Of a stretch of DNA of 64,000 bases, positions 8,881-19,285 are shown in pieces. Every line of letters begins with the position of its first letter. The first letter of the stretch is position 1. Both the position numbers and the translations under genes were made by a program. This stretch comes from Thermoanaerobaculia bacterium (GTDB lineage Bacteria; Acidobacteriota; Thermoanaerobaculia; UBA5066): contig JBBRRY010000011.1 of the NCBI GenBank assembly GCA_038245905.1, positions 23,589 to 87,588 on the forward strand, read 5' to 3'. The notes below the pieces were generated by a model, which saw only the letters and a list, made by a program, of their open reading frames with translations, did not search any database and was not told where the DNA came from.

Positions 8881-10854
8881 TTACTTGCCGATCACCTTCA
8901 CGACTGCCGTCGAACCGGAGATCTTTTCTCCTTCCATCGGCTCGAAGCGGCCGGCGAGGCAGCCCGCGAGGAATTTCTCGGCCCGGGCATTGAAGTCGAT
9001 ACGGTTTTCCGGCCGCGCGAAGCCGTGCCCTTCGTCCGGGTAGAGGACGTAGGTGACGTTGCCCTTGTTTTTCTCGATCGCGTCGACGATCTGCTCCGAC
9101 TCCTTCACGTTCACGCGCGGGTCGTTCGCGCCCTGCCCGATGAGGAGCGGGCGGACGATCTTGTCCGCCTTGAAGAGCGGCGACGCGTTCTTGATCAGCT
9201 CGGCGTCCTTCGGGTCGTCCACGTTGCCCATGCGCACGTCGAAGGTCGCGCGCAGAGGCTTCCAGTAGGGCGGGATCGACCCGATGAGCGTCTTGAGGTT
9301 CGACGGGCCCACGATGTCGACCGAACACGCAAACTTCTCGGGCGTGAACGTGGCTGCCGCGAGTGCCGCATAGCCGCCGTACGAGCCTCCCATGATCGCG
9401 ATCTTCTTCGGGTCGGCGATTCCCTGCTTGACGGCCCAATCCACGGCGTCGATGAGGTCGTCGTGCATCTTCAGTCCCCACTGCCGGTTGCCGGCATTGA
9501 GGAACTTCTTGCCATAGCCCGTCGAGGCGCGGAAGTTCGTCTGGAGGACCGCGTATCCGCGGTTCGCGAACCACTGGGCGTAAGGGTCGTAACCCCAAGC
9601 GTCCCGGCTCCACGGACCCCCGTGCACGAAGAGCACCATCGGCAGATTTTTCGGGGCGATGCCGACGGGGAGGGTGAGGTACGAGTTGAGCGTCAGGCCG
9701 TCGCGCGACCTGATGGCGACCGGCTTCATCTCGGCGAGCGCCAGCCCTTCCAGCTTCGGCCGCGCGGTGAAGAGGAGCGTCCCCTTCTTCGTCGCACGAT
9801 CCCACGTCCACCACGAAACGGGGCCGCGGTCGGACGTGAACGCGATGAGCCAGCGGTCGTCCTTCTCGGTGCGGTTGACGAGGGAGAAGTCGCCCGGATT
9901 CAGCTTCGCGATGCTGTCGAAGTCGGCCTGGACGGACGGATCGAGCACCTTCCAAGAGAGGCGCCCGGGCGCAAAACCTACCGCCTGGACGATGTGCTGC
10001 TTCGGATGGATCACGATGGGACCGGCGTCGACGTCGGGCGAGACGGCGAGCACTTTTTCGGCGCCCGTCGCGAGATTGCGCTCGACGAGGCGCGCCGTGT
10101 CGCTCCCGATCGAAGTCTTGAGGTACGCCGACGCGCCGTCTTTCGTGAAGTCCTCGAACTCGAGGATCTCGTCCGGGCCGACCTTGAGCAGCGTCTTCCA
10201 CGGCGACTTGACGTCGTCGCGGACGCGGATCTCGGTGCCGCCGTCGGCCGTCTGGGCCTGTGCGGCACGGACCTGGAACTTCGCGTCCGCACCCCAGCCC
10301 CCGACGTCGCCCGGATTCTCGGTGTCCAGTGTCAGGGCGCCGGTCTTGAGGTTGAGGCGCTGCACGTCCATGAGCTGGCGGTTGCGGATGTTCGCCTCGA
10401 TCAGGACTTCGTCGGGGAAGTCCGGGTTCAGGTCGGCGACGCCGGCGCGGACGCCCTGGAACGGGGTGTAGTCGCGCACGTTGCCGGAAGCGAGGTCCAC
10501 GCCGAAGACGTGGAAGTTCTCGTCTCCGTCGTTGTCCTGCTGGAAGAGCAGCGTCTTGTTGTCCTGGGCCCAGAAGTACTGGCGGATTCCGCGTTTCTTG
10601 TCGGCCGTGACCATTTTGTCGTCGTCCTTGCCGACGGTCTTGACCCAGACCTGCTGGACGTTTTTCATGTCGGGCGCGATCCATGCGAGGCGCTGACCGT
10701 CCGGCGACAGTTTCGGATTAGCCCGTTCGGGGTTTCCGAAGAGGATGTCGCGCGAGATGAGCGGGGGAGCCTGGGCCGCGAGGGGAGCGGCCGGAGCGAG
10801 GAGGGCGAGCGCAGCCATGGCCGGCGCGACGCGTGAAAACGGGGATTTCAGCAT
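8881..10854 (-). CDS. S9 family (prolyl oligopeptidase/acylaminoacyl) peptidase, secreted
   Basis: Signal peptide [19 protein letters not shown] with AAGGAG RBS. VHGGPW, GGSYGGY (Ser), GANDPRV (Asp) and DEGHGF (His). Confidence 0.95.
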   Translation of the reverse strand: MLKSPFSRVAPAMAALALLAPAAPLAAQAPPLISRDILFGNPERANPKLSPDGQRLAWIAPDMKNVQQVWVKTVGKDDDKMVTADKKRGIRQYFWAQDNKTLLFQQDNDGDENFHVFGVDLASGNVRDYTPFQGVRAGVADLNPDFPDEVLIEANIRNRQLMDVQRLNLKTGALTLDTENPGDVGGWGADAKFQVRAAQAQTADGGTEIRVRDDVKSPWKTLLKVGPDEILEFEDFTKDGASAYLKTSIGSDTARLVERNLATGAEKVLAVSPDVDAGPIVIHPKQHIVQAVGFAPGRLSWKVLDPSVQADFDSIAKLNPGDFSLVNRTEKDDRWLIAFTSDRGPVSWWTWDRATKKGTLLFTARPKLEGLALAEMKPVAIRSRDGLTLNSYLTLPVGIAPKNLPMVLFVHGGPWSRDAWGYDPYAQWFANRGYAVLQTNFRASTGYGKKFLNAGNRQWGLKMHDDLIDAVDWAVKQGIADPKKIAIMGGSYGGYAALAAATFTPEKFACSVDIVGPSNLKTLIGSIPPYWKPLRATFDVRMGNVDDPKDAELIKNASPLFKADKIVRPLLIGQGANDPRVNVKESEQIVDAIEKNKGNVTYVLYPDEGHGFARPENRIDFNARAEKFLAGCLAGRFEPMEGEKISGSTAVVKVIGK

Positions 10855-10944
10855 GAGAGGAGGGTCTCCTTCTCCCTTGATACGTGGATTCGGGGCCTTC
10901 GGTTCTGGCGTACGGCCCTGCAGAGGAACCCTCGGGCCGACCCC

Positions 10945-11226
10945 CTCGACCACAAGCCCACGGAGCTTTCGGGCGGCCAGATGCAGCGCGTGGCGGTCGC
11001 GCGGGCCCTCGCGATGAACCCGGACCTGCTGCTCGCCGACGAGCCCACGGGAAACCTCGACTCGACGTCGGGCGGCGACATCATGGGCCTTTTCACGGAC
11101 CTCTGGACCGCCGGAGGCACGCTCATCGTCATCACGCACGACATGAGCCTCGCCCGCCGGGCCGGGCGTGTCATCGAGGTGCACGACGGCCGAATTCTGA
11201 AGGACTCGGTGGGAGCGGCCGCCTGA
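10945..11226 (+). pseudogene. C-terminal fragment of a LolD/MacB-type ABC transporter ATPase
   Basis: [39 protein letters not shown] is present. No Walker A upstream; the frame hits a stop at 10834 inside the divergent peptidase gene. Confidence 0.8.
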
Positions 11227-11270
11227 GAGCGTCTCGGCTAGAATCACCCTCCTCGAACAGGAGGGTTCCT

Positions 11271-11858
11271 ATGAAGCGTGCGTTTACTCTCGTCGCCGGT
11301 GCGGTCCTCGCCGTGGCCTTCTCGGCGGTCGCCGCCGACAGCCCGAAGGAAGACCTGAAGTTCCTCGGGATCGACAAGTGCAAGAAGGACAAGTTCGACT
11401 GCGTGTGGGTCGCCGACGGCTTCTCCTTCGCGGGGAAGACGATCCACGTCCAGAAGTTCGAGAAGAAGGCCGATGCCCCCTCGAGCGGCGACATGGGCGG
11501 GCTCGAATACGGCAATGCGGACACGTTCATGCAGGAGGTCTTCGCCAACAAGACGAACGAGCGCATCGAGAAGCAGGGCACGAAGTTCGTGACGGGCGGC
11601 TCGGGCGACTACGTCCTGAAGGGCCAGATCACCGAGTGGCGCTACCCCAAGAAGGGCGCCGCGTGGGGCGGCTGGATCGGAGGGGCCGTAGGCTCGGGCA
11701 CGATCGTGTACGACTGGAAGATCGTCGACAAGAGCGGCAAGACGGTCGTCGCGGTTCATCACAAGACCGTCGCGAGCGCATCCGATACGATGGAACGCCG
11801 CGTGAACAACGTCCACGGCGACGAGATGGTCGAGTTCGTGAGGAAGAACTCCAAGTAG
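11271..11858 (+). CDS. Hypothetical secreted protein (DUF4410-like)
   Basis: AGGAGG RBS, signal peptide MKRAFTLVAGAVLAVAFSAVAA, strongly biased codon usage. Confidence 0.8.
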   Translation: MKRAFTLVAGAVLAVAFSAVAADSPKEDLKFLGIDKCKKDKFDCVWVADGFSFAGKTIHVQKFEKKADAPSSGDMGGLEYGNADTFMQEVFANKTNERIEKQGTKFVTGGSGDYVLKGQITEWRYPKKGAAWGGWIGGAVGSGTIVYDWKIVDKSGKTVVAVHHKTVASASDTMERRVNNVHGDEMVEFVRKNSK

Positions 11859-11879
11859 GAAGACCGGGGATTTCTTTTC

Positions 11880-11888
11880 TGCTAAGAT
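11880..11888 (+). promoter_or_regulatory. Extended -10 promoter for the phoH-ybeY-corC-era operon
   Basis: TGcTAAGAT upstream of the GGAGG RBS at 11897-11901. Confidence 0.5.
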
Positions 11889-11912
11889 TCATTTTCGGAG
11901 GCGCGCACTCAC

Positions 11913-12926
<1,014 letters not shown>

Positions 12927-12951
12927 CGCCATCGGCTCCGTCGAGGTTCTC

Positions 12952-13359
12952 GTGACGGTTGCCGCCGCTCCGCCCGTACGGCGTGTCGAGGCCTGGACCC
13001 GCAGCCTTCTAATCGAAGCGCGCGCGAAGCGCGTCTCCCTCTCGGTCTTGCTCTGCGGGGACTCACGCATGCGGGGCCTGAACCGGGAGTGGCTGGGGAT
13101 AGACCTTCCGACCGACGTGTTGTCTTTCCCGTCCGGCGAGCGTGACTTCGTTGGTGACGTCGTCATCGACGTGCCGTACGCGGCGCGGCAGGCCCGGCGG
13201 CGCGGCCACACGCTCCAACGCGAGGTGCAGATTCTCCTCGCGCATGGCCTTCTCCACCTTCTCGGCTACGATCACGAGGAGGACGACGGCACGATGTTCC
13301 GGCGGCAGCGGCAGATCCTTCTCTCGGCCTTCGGCGAAGGCCCGGATGGCGTGCCGTGA
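12952..13359 (+). CDS. ybeY: rRNA maturation RNase YbeY
   Basis: LNREW..PTDVLSF, GDVVI and HGLLHLLGYDH motifs. Start approximate (GTG 12952 after GAGG). Confidence 0.92.
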   Translation: MTVAAAPPVRRVEAWTRSLLIEARAKRVSLSVLLCGDSRMRGLNREWLGIDLPTDVLSFPSGERDFVGDVVIDVPYAARQARRRGHTLQREVQILLAHGLLHLLGYDHEEDDGTMFRRQRQILLSAFGEGPDGVP

Positions 13360-14669
13360 CCGGCATCCTCGTCGGAGGGGCCGGCGTCGCGCTGCTCCTC
13401 GCCGCATTCTTCGCGGGCGTCTACGTCGTATTTTCCGGTTTTGGCCAGGCGCTCGAGAGCCTCTCGGTCCTTCGCCGCAAGTCGCTCCTCGAGGCGAATC
13501 CCGCGCGCTTCGGCACCCTCCTCGCGTCCGAGCACGTGCGCGTCTCCCGCATCGCCGTCCGCCTGACGGCCCAGGGGGCGGTACTCGGCGGCCTTCTCTG
13601 CCTCGGCTCGGCCCTCGCGGCGCTTGGCGTGGGCGAACCGTGGCTCCTCTCGGCCGTCGTGATCCTTCTCGGCTGGATTCTCGCCGAGAGTCTCGTCATC
13701 AGGTGGGTCGCTCGACGGGGCGGAGACGAGGCCCTCGCGGGTTTCGCGTGGCTCACGCCCGCCGTCGACTTCCTCGCCGCGCCCCTGACACCTTTCCTCT
13801 CGCGTCTTCTCGAGCGTGAGGAAGACGAAGCGGACGGCGGCGGCATCGGCGCTCCCGAGAAGGAGGAGGCCGCGAAGGACGCCGACATGCGGGCGCTCCT
13901 CGATGTCGCCCGCGAGGAGGGCATTCTCGAGGAGCATGAAGAGGAGCTCGTGACGCGTGCGGTCGACTTCGGCGACCGCACGGTGGGCGAGGTCATGACG
14001 TCACGGCCCGACATCGTGTTCGCCGAGGCCGACGCACCGCTCGACGAGATCGCGGATCTTTTCGCGCGGACGAAGATCACGCGGATTCCGCTCGTGGAGG
14101 GCAGCGTGGACAAGCCGGTGGGCGTCGTCCACGTCAAGGATGTGTTCACCGTCCTGCGCCGCCCGAACCCTCCCGCCACGGCGCGCTCGCTCGCGCGACA
14201 GGTGTTCTTCGCGCCGGAGACCCAGACGGTCGCGACGCTGCTCTCCGACTTCCGCCGCCGCCGGCAACCGCTCGCGATCGTCGTGGACGAATACGGCGCC
14301 GTGACCGGTCTCGCGACGCTCGAGGATCTCGTCGAGGAGCTCGTGGGAGAGATCGCGGACGAGCACGAGGACGAGCAGCCGCCGATCGTCCCGCAGGAGG
14401 ACGGCTCGTACTCGGTCGCGGGGCGCGTCCGCGTCCCGGAGATCGCGACTCTCTTCGGCGTGACGTTTCCCTCCGACGAATATGACACCGTGGCCGGCCT
14501 CGTCTCGGAACGGCTCGGGCACATCCCGAAGGCCGGCGAGACGGCTCACGAGGCGGGGCTCCTCTTCCTCGTGGAGGAGGCGGACCGCCGCCGGATCCAT
14601 CGCGTGCGCATCCGGCGGGAGGATGCCCCCGGCAAGATAGGCGAAAAAGCTCAGGAGCCGGAATCATGA
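13356..14669 (+). CDS. Hemolysin/CorC family protein (CNNM/DUF21-like + CBS pair + CorC_HlyC)
   Basis: N-terminal TM helices, VGEVMTSR, AIVVDEYG..GLATLEDLVEELVGEI and YDTVAGLV; located between ybeY and era. Confidence 0.9.
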   Translation: MTGILVGGAGVALLLAAFFAGVYVVFSGFGQALESLSVLRRKSLLEANPARFGTLLASEHVRVSRIAVRLTAQGAVLGGLLCLGSALAALGVGEPWLLSAVVILLGWILAESLVIRWVARRGGDEALAGFAWLTPAVDFLAAPLTPFLSRLLEREEDEADGGGIGAPEKEEAAKDADMRALLDVAREEGILEEHEEELVTRAVDFGDRTVGEVMTSRPDIVFAEADAPLDEIADLFARTKITRIPLVEGSVDKPVGVVHVKDVFTVLRRPNPPATARSLARQVFFAPETQTVATLLSDFRRRRQPLAIVVDEYGAVTGLATLEDLVEELVGEIADEHEDEQPPIVPQEDGSYSVAGRVRVPEIATLFGVTFPSDEYDTVAGLVSERLGHIPKAGETAHEAGLLFLVEEADRRRIHRVRIRREDAPGKIGEKAQEPES

Positions 14670-15559
14670 GCACGCCCGCGAGGCGCGCCGGTACGGTGGC
14701 CGTCGTCGGCCGCCCCAACGCCGGAAAGTCCACGCTCCTGAACGCCCTCGTCGGGACGAAAGTCGCGATCGTCTCCGACAAGCCGCAGACGACGCGGCGC
14801 CGGCTCCTCGGGATTCGCACCGACAGAGAAGGCCAGATCGTGTTCGTCGACACACCGGGCCTTCACAAGCCGCTTCACCGCCTGAACAAGGCCATGATGA
14901 ACGAAGCGCTCGAGGCGCTCCGCGAGGAGGACGTCCGGCTTCTCGTCGTGGACGTCTCGGTGCCGTCGGGCGGCGGAGACCGCTTCGCGCTGGACCTTCT
15001 CGCGCGCGCGGAGGGCCCCCGGGTCGCGGTCCTGAACAAGATCGACCAGGTCGGGAGGGCCGCTCTCCTTCCGCGGCTGGCGACGATCGCCGGCGCGGGG
15101 ATCTTCGACGACATTGTCCCGGTCTCGGCGCGGACGGGCGAGGGGCTCGACCTGCTGCTCCCCGTTCTGAGGCGGCACCTTCCCGAGGGCGACGACCTTT
15201 TCCCGGCGGCCACGGTGACGAACTCCGACACGAAGACGCGCGCCGCGGAGCTCATCCGCGAGAAGTTCCTCGAGAGGACACGGGAAGAGATCCCGTACGG
15301 ACTTGGCGTCTTCGTGGAAGAGATCACGAGGGACGAGGCGAAGAACCTCACGGTGATCAAGGCAACGGTCGTCGTGGACCGGGACTCGCACAAGGGCATC
15401 GTGCTCGGGGCGGGGGGACGGCTTCTGCGGGAGGCCAGCACGGCGGCACGCCTCGAGCTCGAACAGGCGCTCGGCGGACGCTTTTATCTGGAGCTCCTCG
15501 TCGCGGCCCGGCCGGGCTGGCGCGAGGATCCCCGCTTTCTGGACACGCTCACGAGCTGA
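14666..15559 (+). CDS. era: GTPase Era
   Basis: GRPNAGKSTL, SDKPQTTR, DTPG, NKID, EEIPY and KH-like SHKGIVLG. Confidence 0.95.
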   Translation: MSTPARRAGTVAVVGRPNAGKSTLLNALVGTKVAIVSDKPQTTRRRLLGIRTDREGQIVFVDTPGLHKPLHRLNKAMMNEALEALREEDVRLLVVDVSVPSGGGDRFALDLLARAEGPRVAVLNKIDQVGRAALLPRLATIAGAGIFDDIVPVSARTGEGLDLLLPVLRRHLPEGDDLFPAATVTNSDTKTRAAELIREKFLERTREEIPYGLGVFVEEITRDEAKNLTVIKATVVVDRDSHKGIVLGAGGRLLREASTAARLELEQALGGRFYLELLVAARPGWREDPRFLDTLTS

Positions 15560-15563
15560 CGCG

Positions 15564-15591
15564 TTGACGGGAGTCGCTGATTCCGTAAACT
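15564..15591 (+). promoter_or_regulatory. Sigma70-type promoter for the PilZ gene
   Basis: TTGACG-N16-TAAACT. Confidence 0.55.
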
Positions 15592-15616
15592 AGACGGTCC
15601 GGAGCACGAGAGAAAC

Positions 15617-15988
15617 GTGGACAACGAGAAGAGGCGCACGCCCCGCACGCCCGTCGCGAAGGGAACGCGCGGGCAGCTCAAGTCGACGATTCCCGTGGAG
15701 ATCCTGAACCTCTCGGAGATGGGGCTGCTCCTGGAGGTCGCCTCGACTCTGCGCCCGGGCTCGACCTACGACCTGAGCGCGATCCTCGGCGGAGTCCCGT
15801 TTTCGGGGCTCGTGCGGGTCACGCGCTGCCGCGCGGGAGGCTTCGCCGCCGACGCCGTGGGTGGCCGACTGCTCATTTACCGGGCCGGCGCCGAATTCGT
15901 GGGTCTTTCCGAGCAGCAGACGTCCGGCCTGCGCCGCGCGGTCTCGAAGAGGCTCGCCTCGGGCGCGTCGCTGAAGCACCTGTCCTGA
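15617..15988 (+). CDS. PilZ domain protein (c-di-GMP receptor)
   Basis: EKRRTPR (RxxxR) and NLSEMG (NxSxxG) motifs, AGAEF near the C-terminus. Confidence 0.85.
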   Translation: MDNEKRRTPRTPVAKGTRGQLKSTIPVEILNLSEMGLLLEVASTLRPGSTYDLSAILGGVPFSGLVRVTRCRAGGFAADAVGGRLLIYRAGAEFVGLSEQQTSGLRRAVSKRLASGASLKHLS

Positions 15989-15994
15989 AGGCCG

Positions 15995-17329
15995 TCAGTC
16001 GGCGAGACCGCGGAAGGCCTGCCTCAGGGCGTCCTCCAGACGGCGCGCGCGATCGTTCGCCGCCGCCGCGGCGGACTCCGCATTCGAGGCGACGGCGCGG
16101 GCGGCGGCAACCTCGCTGCTGAGCCGGGCCATCTCGCCGGAGAGCTCCGCGCGGAGGGCCGCGACCGCTTCCTCCAGCCGGCGCTCGGCGACTCCATGCG
16201 CGGGAATCTCCTGCGTGTTCACTTCGAGAGCGTCCAGACGGCGGTACGCTCCGGACACGCGTCCGGCAGCCTTCCGCGCCTCGGCCAGGACGGCATTGAG
16301 CTTCTCGTCGACGGTCGAGGCTCTCGAGACAGACGACGGCGCGTGCGTGATTCTGGGCGCAGGAGGCGGCTCTGGGGCCGCCGGCGCGGGAGGCGGAGCG
16401 GCAAGGGCTGCCAGGAGAACGGCCGGCGCGAGAATCGATGTCTCCGGGGAGGACCGTGCGGCCGCGGGCGGCTCCTCGATCGCGGACCTCTCCTCGGCGG
16501 CCGGAAGCGTCGAGGAGGGGTTTGCGTCATCCGAGAGGTCCGGGAACTCCCCTTCAGCGGACGGAACGACCCAGGCCTCGACGTCGTCTTCGGGTGGCGT
16601 TTCGAGAGGCTTTCCGACTGACTCCTCCGGGGTAATCGCGGCCGGGAGCTGCTCCGCCGCGGCCGGCGGCGTCTCGCCGGAAAACGCCGCGAACACCTCG
16701 GCCCGACGGACCGCGGGCGTTTCGGCCGACGGTTGCCAGCCACGCTGGAGGCGCCGGAGCAGGTCCACGAACGTGAGCTTCGAGACGAGCTTGAACGTCT
16801 CGATCACGCCCGATCCCTCGGAGGCGACGGTCTCGACGTACGGATACGAATGGAACCCGAGCGAGTCCTGCAGCGCCTCCACCGAGAGCGCGCTCGGCAG
16901 ATCGCGCTTGTTGTACTGGACGACGACCGGCAGGCTCTCGAGGGAGATCTCTTCCTCGTGGAGGTTCTCCTTGAGGTTCTGGAAGCATTCCAGGTTGTGA
17001 GACAGCATCGACCATTGCGAGTCGACGACGAAGACGAGACCGTCCGCTCCGCGGAGGACGATCTTGCGGGTCTCGTTGTAGAAGACCTGTCCGGGAACGG
17101 TGCACACCTGGAAGCGAACCGTGTAGCCCTTGATGTTCCCGAGCTCGATGGGCAGCAGATCGAAATAAATTGTCCTGTCCTGCGCCGTCGAGAGCGACAG
17201 GAGCTTTCCGGCACCGCGCTCGAGGCGCTGGTGGAGGATCTTGAGATTGCTGGTCTTTCCGCACAGACCGGGTCCGTAGTAGACGATCTTGGCCGTCAAC
17301 TCCTTCGTGGCGTGGTTGAACAGGGCCAT
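15995..17329 (-). CDS. MglA-like small GTPase with a long acidic/Pro-rich linker and coiled-coil C-terminus
   Basis: KIVYYGPGLCGKTSNL, DRTIYFD, TVPGQVFY and QYNKRDL. TATAAT at 17365-17370 and GGAGG RBS upstream. Confidence 0.9.
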   Translation of the reverse strand: MALFNHATKELTAKIVYYGPGLCGKTSNLKILHQRLERGAGKLLSLSTAQDRTIYFDLLPIELGNIKGYTVRFQVCTVPGQVFYNETRKIVLRGADGLVFVVDSQWSMLSHNLECFQNLKENLHEEEISLESLPVVVQYNKRDLPSALSVEALQDSLGFHSYPYVETVASEGSGVIETFKLVSKLTFVDLLRRLQRGWQPSAETPAVRRAEVFAAFSGETPPAAAEQLPAAITPEESVGKPLETPPEDDVEAWVVPSAEGEFPDLSDDANPSSTLPAAEERSAIEEPPAAARSSPETSILAPAVLLAALAAPPPAPAAPEPPPAPRITHAPSSVSRASTVDEKLNAVLAEARKAAGRVSGAYRRLDALEVNTQEIPAHGVAERRLEEAVAALRAELSGEMARLSSEVAAARAVASNAESAAAAANDRARRLEDALRQAFRGLAD

Positions 17330-17409
17330 GGGTCCCCTCCGCACTTTCCCGGTGTAGGACGGGAATTATAGGACGGCGGCATGGCGGCGGGGCAGCGTAT
17401 CCTCCGCCC

Positions 17410-18261
17410 GTGAGTCCCGACGCTCGGGAGCGGCGCATCGAGGCCACGTGGGCGGGCCTCCCCGTCCGGGGAGTCTCGGTGGCGGGGCGCGAAACCTGGT
17501 TTCATCTGCCGACGCTGCATCTCGCGTTCGACCTCGGGCGAGCGCCCACTGAGCTCGTCGCGGTCCCGAACATCTTCCTCTCGCACCCGCACCTCGACCA
17601 CGGCGCCGGACTCGCGTACTGGTGCTCGCAGCGCCGGCTCCTGCGGCTTCCAGAGGGCGTCCTTCGCACGCATCCGGCGGGCGTGCCCGCCTGGACGCAG
17701 ATTCTCGAGCTCCATCAGCGCCTCGAGGGCGTGCGGTACGACGTGCGCGTCGAAGCGATGGAGCCGGGCGCGCGCGCCTTTCTCCGGCGCGATCTCGAGG
17801 TCGAAGCTTTCGAGGCGGACCACCGCGTCCCGACCCTCGCGTTCGTCGCGTCCGAGATCCGGAACCGGCTCAGACCCGAGCTCGCCGGACGCTCATCCGA
17901 AGAAATCCGTGACGCCGTGGCACGGGGCGAGGCGGTGGCGGGGAAGGTTCGGGTCCCGCTCGTCGCCTACTCGGGCGACACGGGGAGCGGAATCTTCTCC
18001 AACGCGCCGCGGTCGTTCTTCACGGCGAAAGTCCTGCTTCTCGAATGCTCCTTCGTCGAGGAACGCGACCGGGAGCGCTCGAAGGAGTGGAAGCACCTCC
18101 ACCTCGACGAGATCGCCGAGCGCGCGGACCTCTTCGAGAACGAGGTCGTCGTCCTCACGCACCTGACGCTGCGGACGAGTCCGGGCGACATCCGAAGTGC
18201 GATCGCCCGTCGCCTCCCGCAGCGTCTTGCCGAACGGACAGTGGCGTTCCTGCCGGCGTAG
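17410..18261 (+). CDS. MBL-fold metallohydrolase, short RNase Z-like
   Basis: GVSVAGRET, FDLG, SHPHLDHGAG, DHRVP, YSGDT, LECSF and HLH motifs. Confidence 0.85.
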   Translation: MSPDARERRIEATWAGLPVRGVSVAGRETWFHLPTLHLAFDLGRAPTELVAVPNIFLSHPHLDHGAGLAYWCSQRRLLRLPEGVLRTHPAGVPAWTQILELHQRLEGVRYDVRVEAMEPGARAFLRRDLEVEAFEADHRVPTLAFVASEIRNRLRPELAGRSSEEIRDAVARGEAVAGKVRVPLVAYSGDTGSGIFSNAPRSFFTAKVLLLECSFVEERDRERSKEWKHLHLDEIAERADLFENEVVVLTHLTLRTSPGDIRSAIARRLPQRLAERTVAFLPA

Positions 18262-18272
18262 GCCCGCTCGTT

Positions 18273-18743
18273 CTACTGCTTGTCGTACACGGCGGTGTTG
18301 TTTACCGCCACACCCTTCGCGTTCTTTCCGGTCTGGGTGACGGTGAGGGACTTGCCGTCCGCCGCGACGACGACCTTCGCCGTCATGACGGTCTTTCCGC
18401 CCTTCTTCCACGGGTTCGTGTACGTGTTGTCGTCGACCTTCAACGGAGCCGCCATGTCAGCGTCCGGATTGCCGGCCCACGGGACGTCCTTGCCGTCGAA
18501 CTTCGAGGTGTAGGAGCCTTTCCGCACCGACCCGTCCCCCATGACCCCCTCGCTCGAGAGCGTGGTCCCGGCCGGCGACGCCGTGAACATCAGCGTCTGG
18601 CTCTTCGGCCCCGGCCCCGGCGTGGACTTCGACTTTGCGACGTTCAGCTTCCAAGTGCCGATCCAGTTGTCGGCGGCGAGGGCCATGGAGCCCGAGAGGA
18701 ACATCACGGAACACAGGGAACCAACGAGCAGACTCTTACGCAT
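18273..18743 (-). CDS. Hypothetical secreted beta-barrel-like protein
   Basis: AGGAGG RBS, signal peptide, GTWKLNVAKSK..DGKD..VAADGKSLTVT..VYDKQ pattern. Confidence 0.8.
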   Translation of the reverse strand: MRKSLLVGSLCSVMFLSGSMALAADNWIGTWKLNVAKSKSTPGPGPKSQTLMFTASPAGTTLSSEGVMGDGSVRKGSYTSKFDGKDVPWAGNPDADMAAPLKVDDNTYTNPWKKGGKTVMTAKVVVAADGKSLTVTQTGKNAKGVAVNNTAVYDKQ

Positions 18744-18826
18744 GAGGCCTCCTTCTTTCGAATTTGTTGATTGTCGAGGGAGTGATCCTACGCCGCAACC
18801 TGACGGCATGGTATGCAATATCGCGT

Positions 18827-19285
18827 TCAGGGGCCGGCGAGGCGCCCCCGGCTTGCAGCCCACTCTCCGAGCGCCTGCCGCCACTCCCATGCATGCCCGG
18901 GCGACAGCACGAATTCCACGGGCTCGCCCCGGACGGGAGTGACACGGAGGATTTTGTTTCGGAGGAACCCTCTCTGCGCCTGCGTCCTCTCGTCTGTCTC
19001 GAGACGTCGGATTTCTTCGAAGGTGAATGAGCCCGGAGCAGAGAGCAGGGCCTGCCAGGCGAGGCCCGCGGGCGTCAAGGCAACGGTCCCGGGCAGGAGC
19101 GCGCGCCCACGCCCATTCACGACCTGGCACGGCGTTCCAATCCGGACCACCCCTCCTAACCCTTTTAGGAAAATCTTCCGCCGGCGCCGAGCAACCAGCC
19201 TCGTCGCGAGGACAAATGCCCCCGTGAGAAGCAAAACAATTCCAACAGTGACGCCCGCCGCGAGCAGCAGACTCGCCGCGCTCAA
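18827..19285 (-). CDS. Hypothetical membrane-anchored protein
   Basis: TTG start overlapping the VWA stop (TTGA), N-terminal TM followed by a basic cluster. Confidence 0.6.
   Translation of the reverse strand: MSAASLLLAAGVTVGIVLLLTGAFVLATRLVARRRRKIFLKGLGGVVRIGTPCQVVNGRGRALLPGTVALTPAGLAWQALLSAPGSFTFEEIRRLETDERTQAQRGFLRNKILRVTPVRGEPVEFVLSPGHAWEWRQALGEWAASRGRLAGP

Noticed and set aside
6509-10684. 1391-aa ORF in the track
   Set aside because: Most of it is an Arg/Pro-rich off-frame shadow of the S9 peptidase and phosphatase-like genes. Only 6509..7555 is protein-like.
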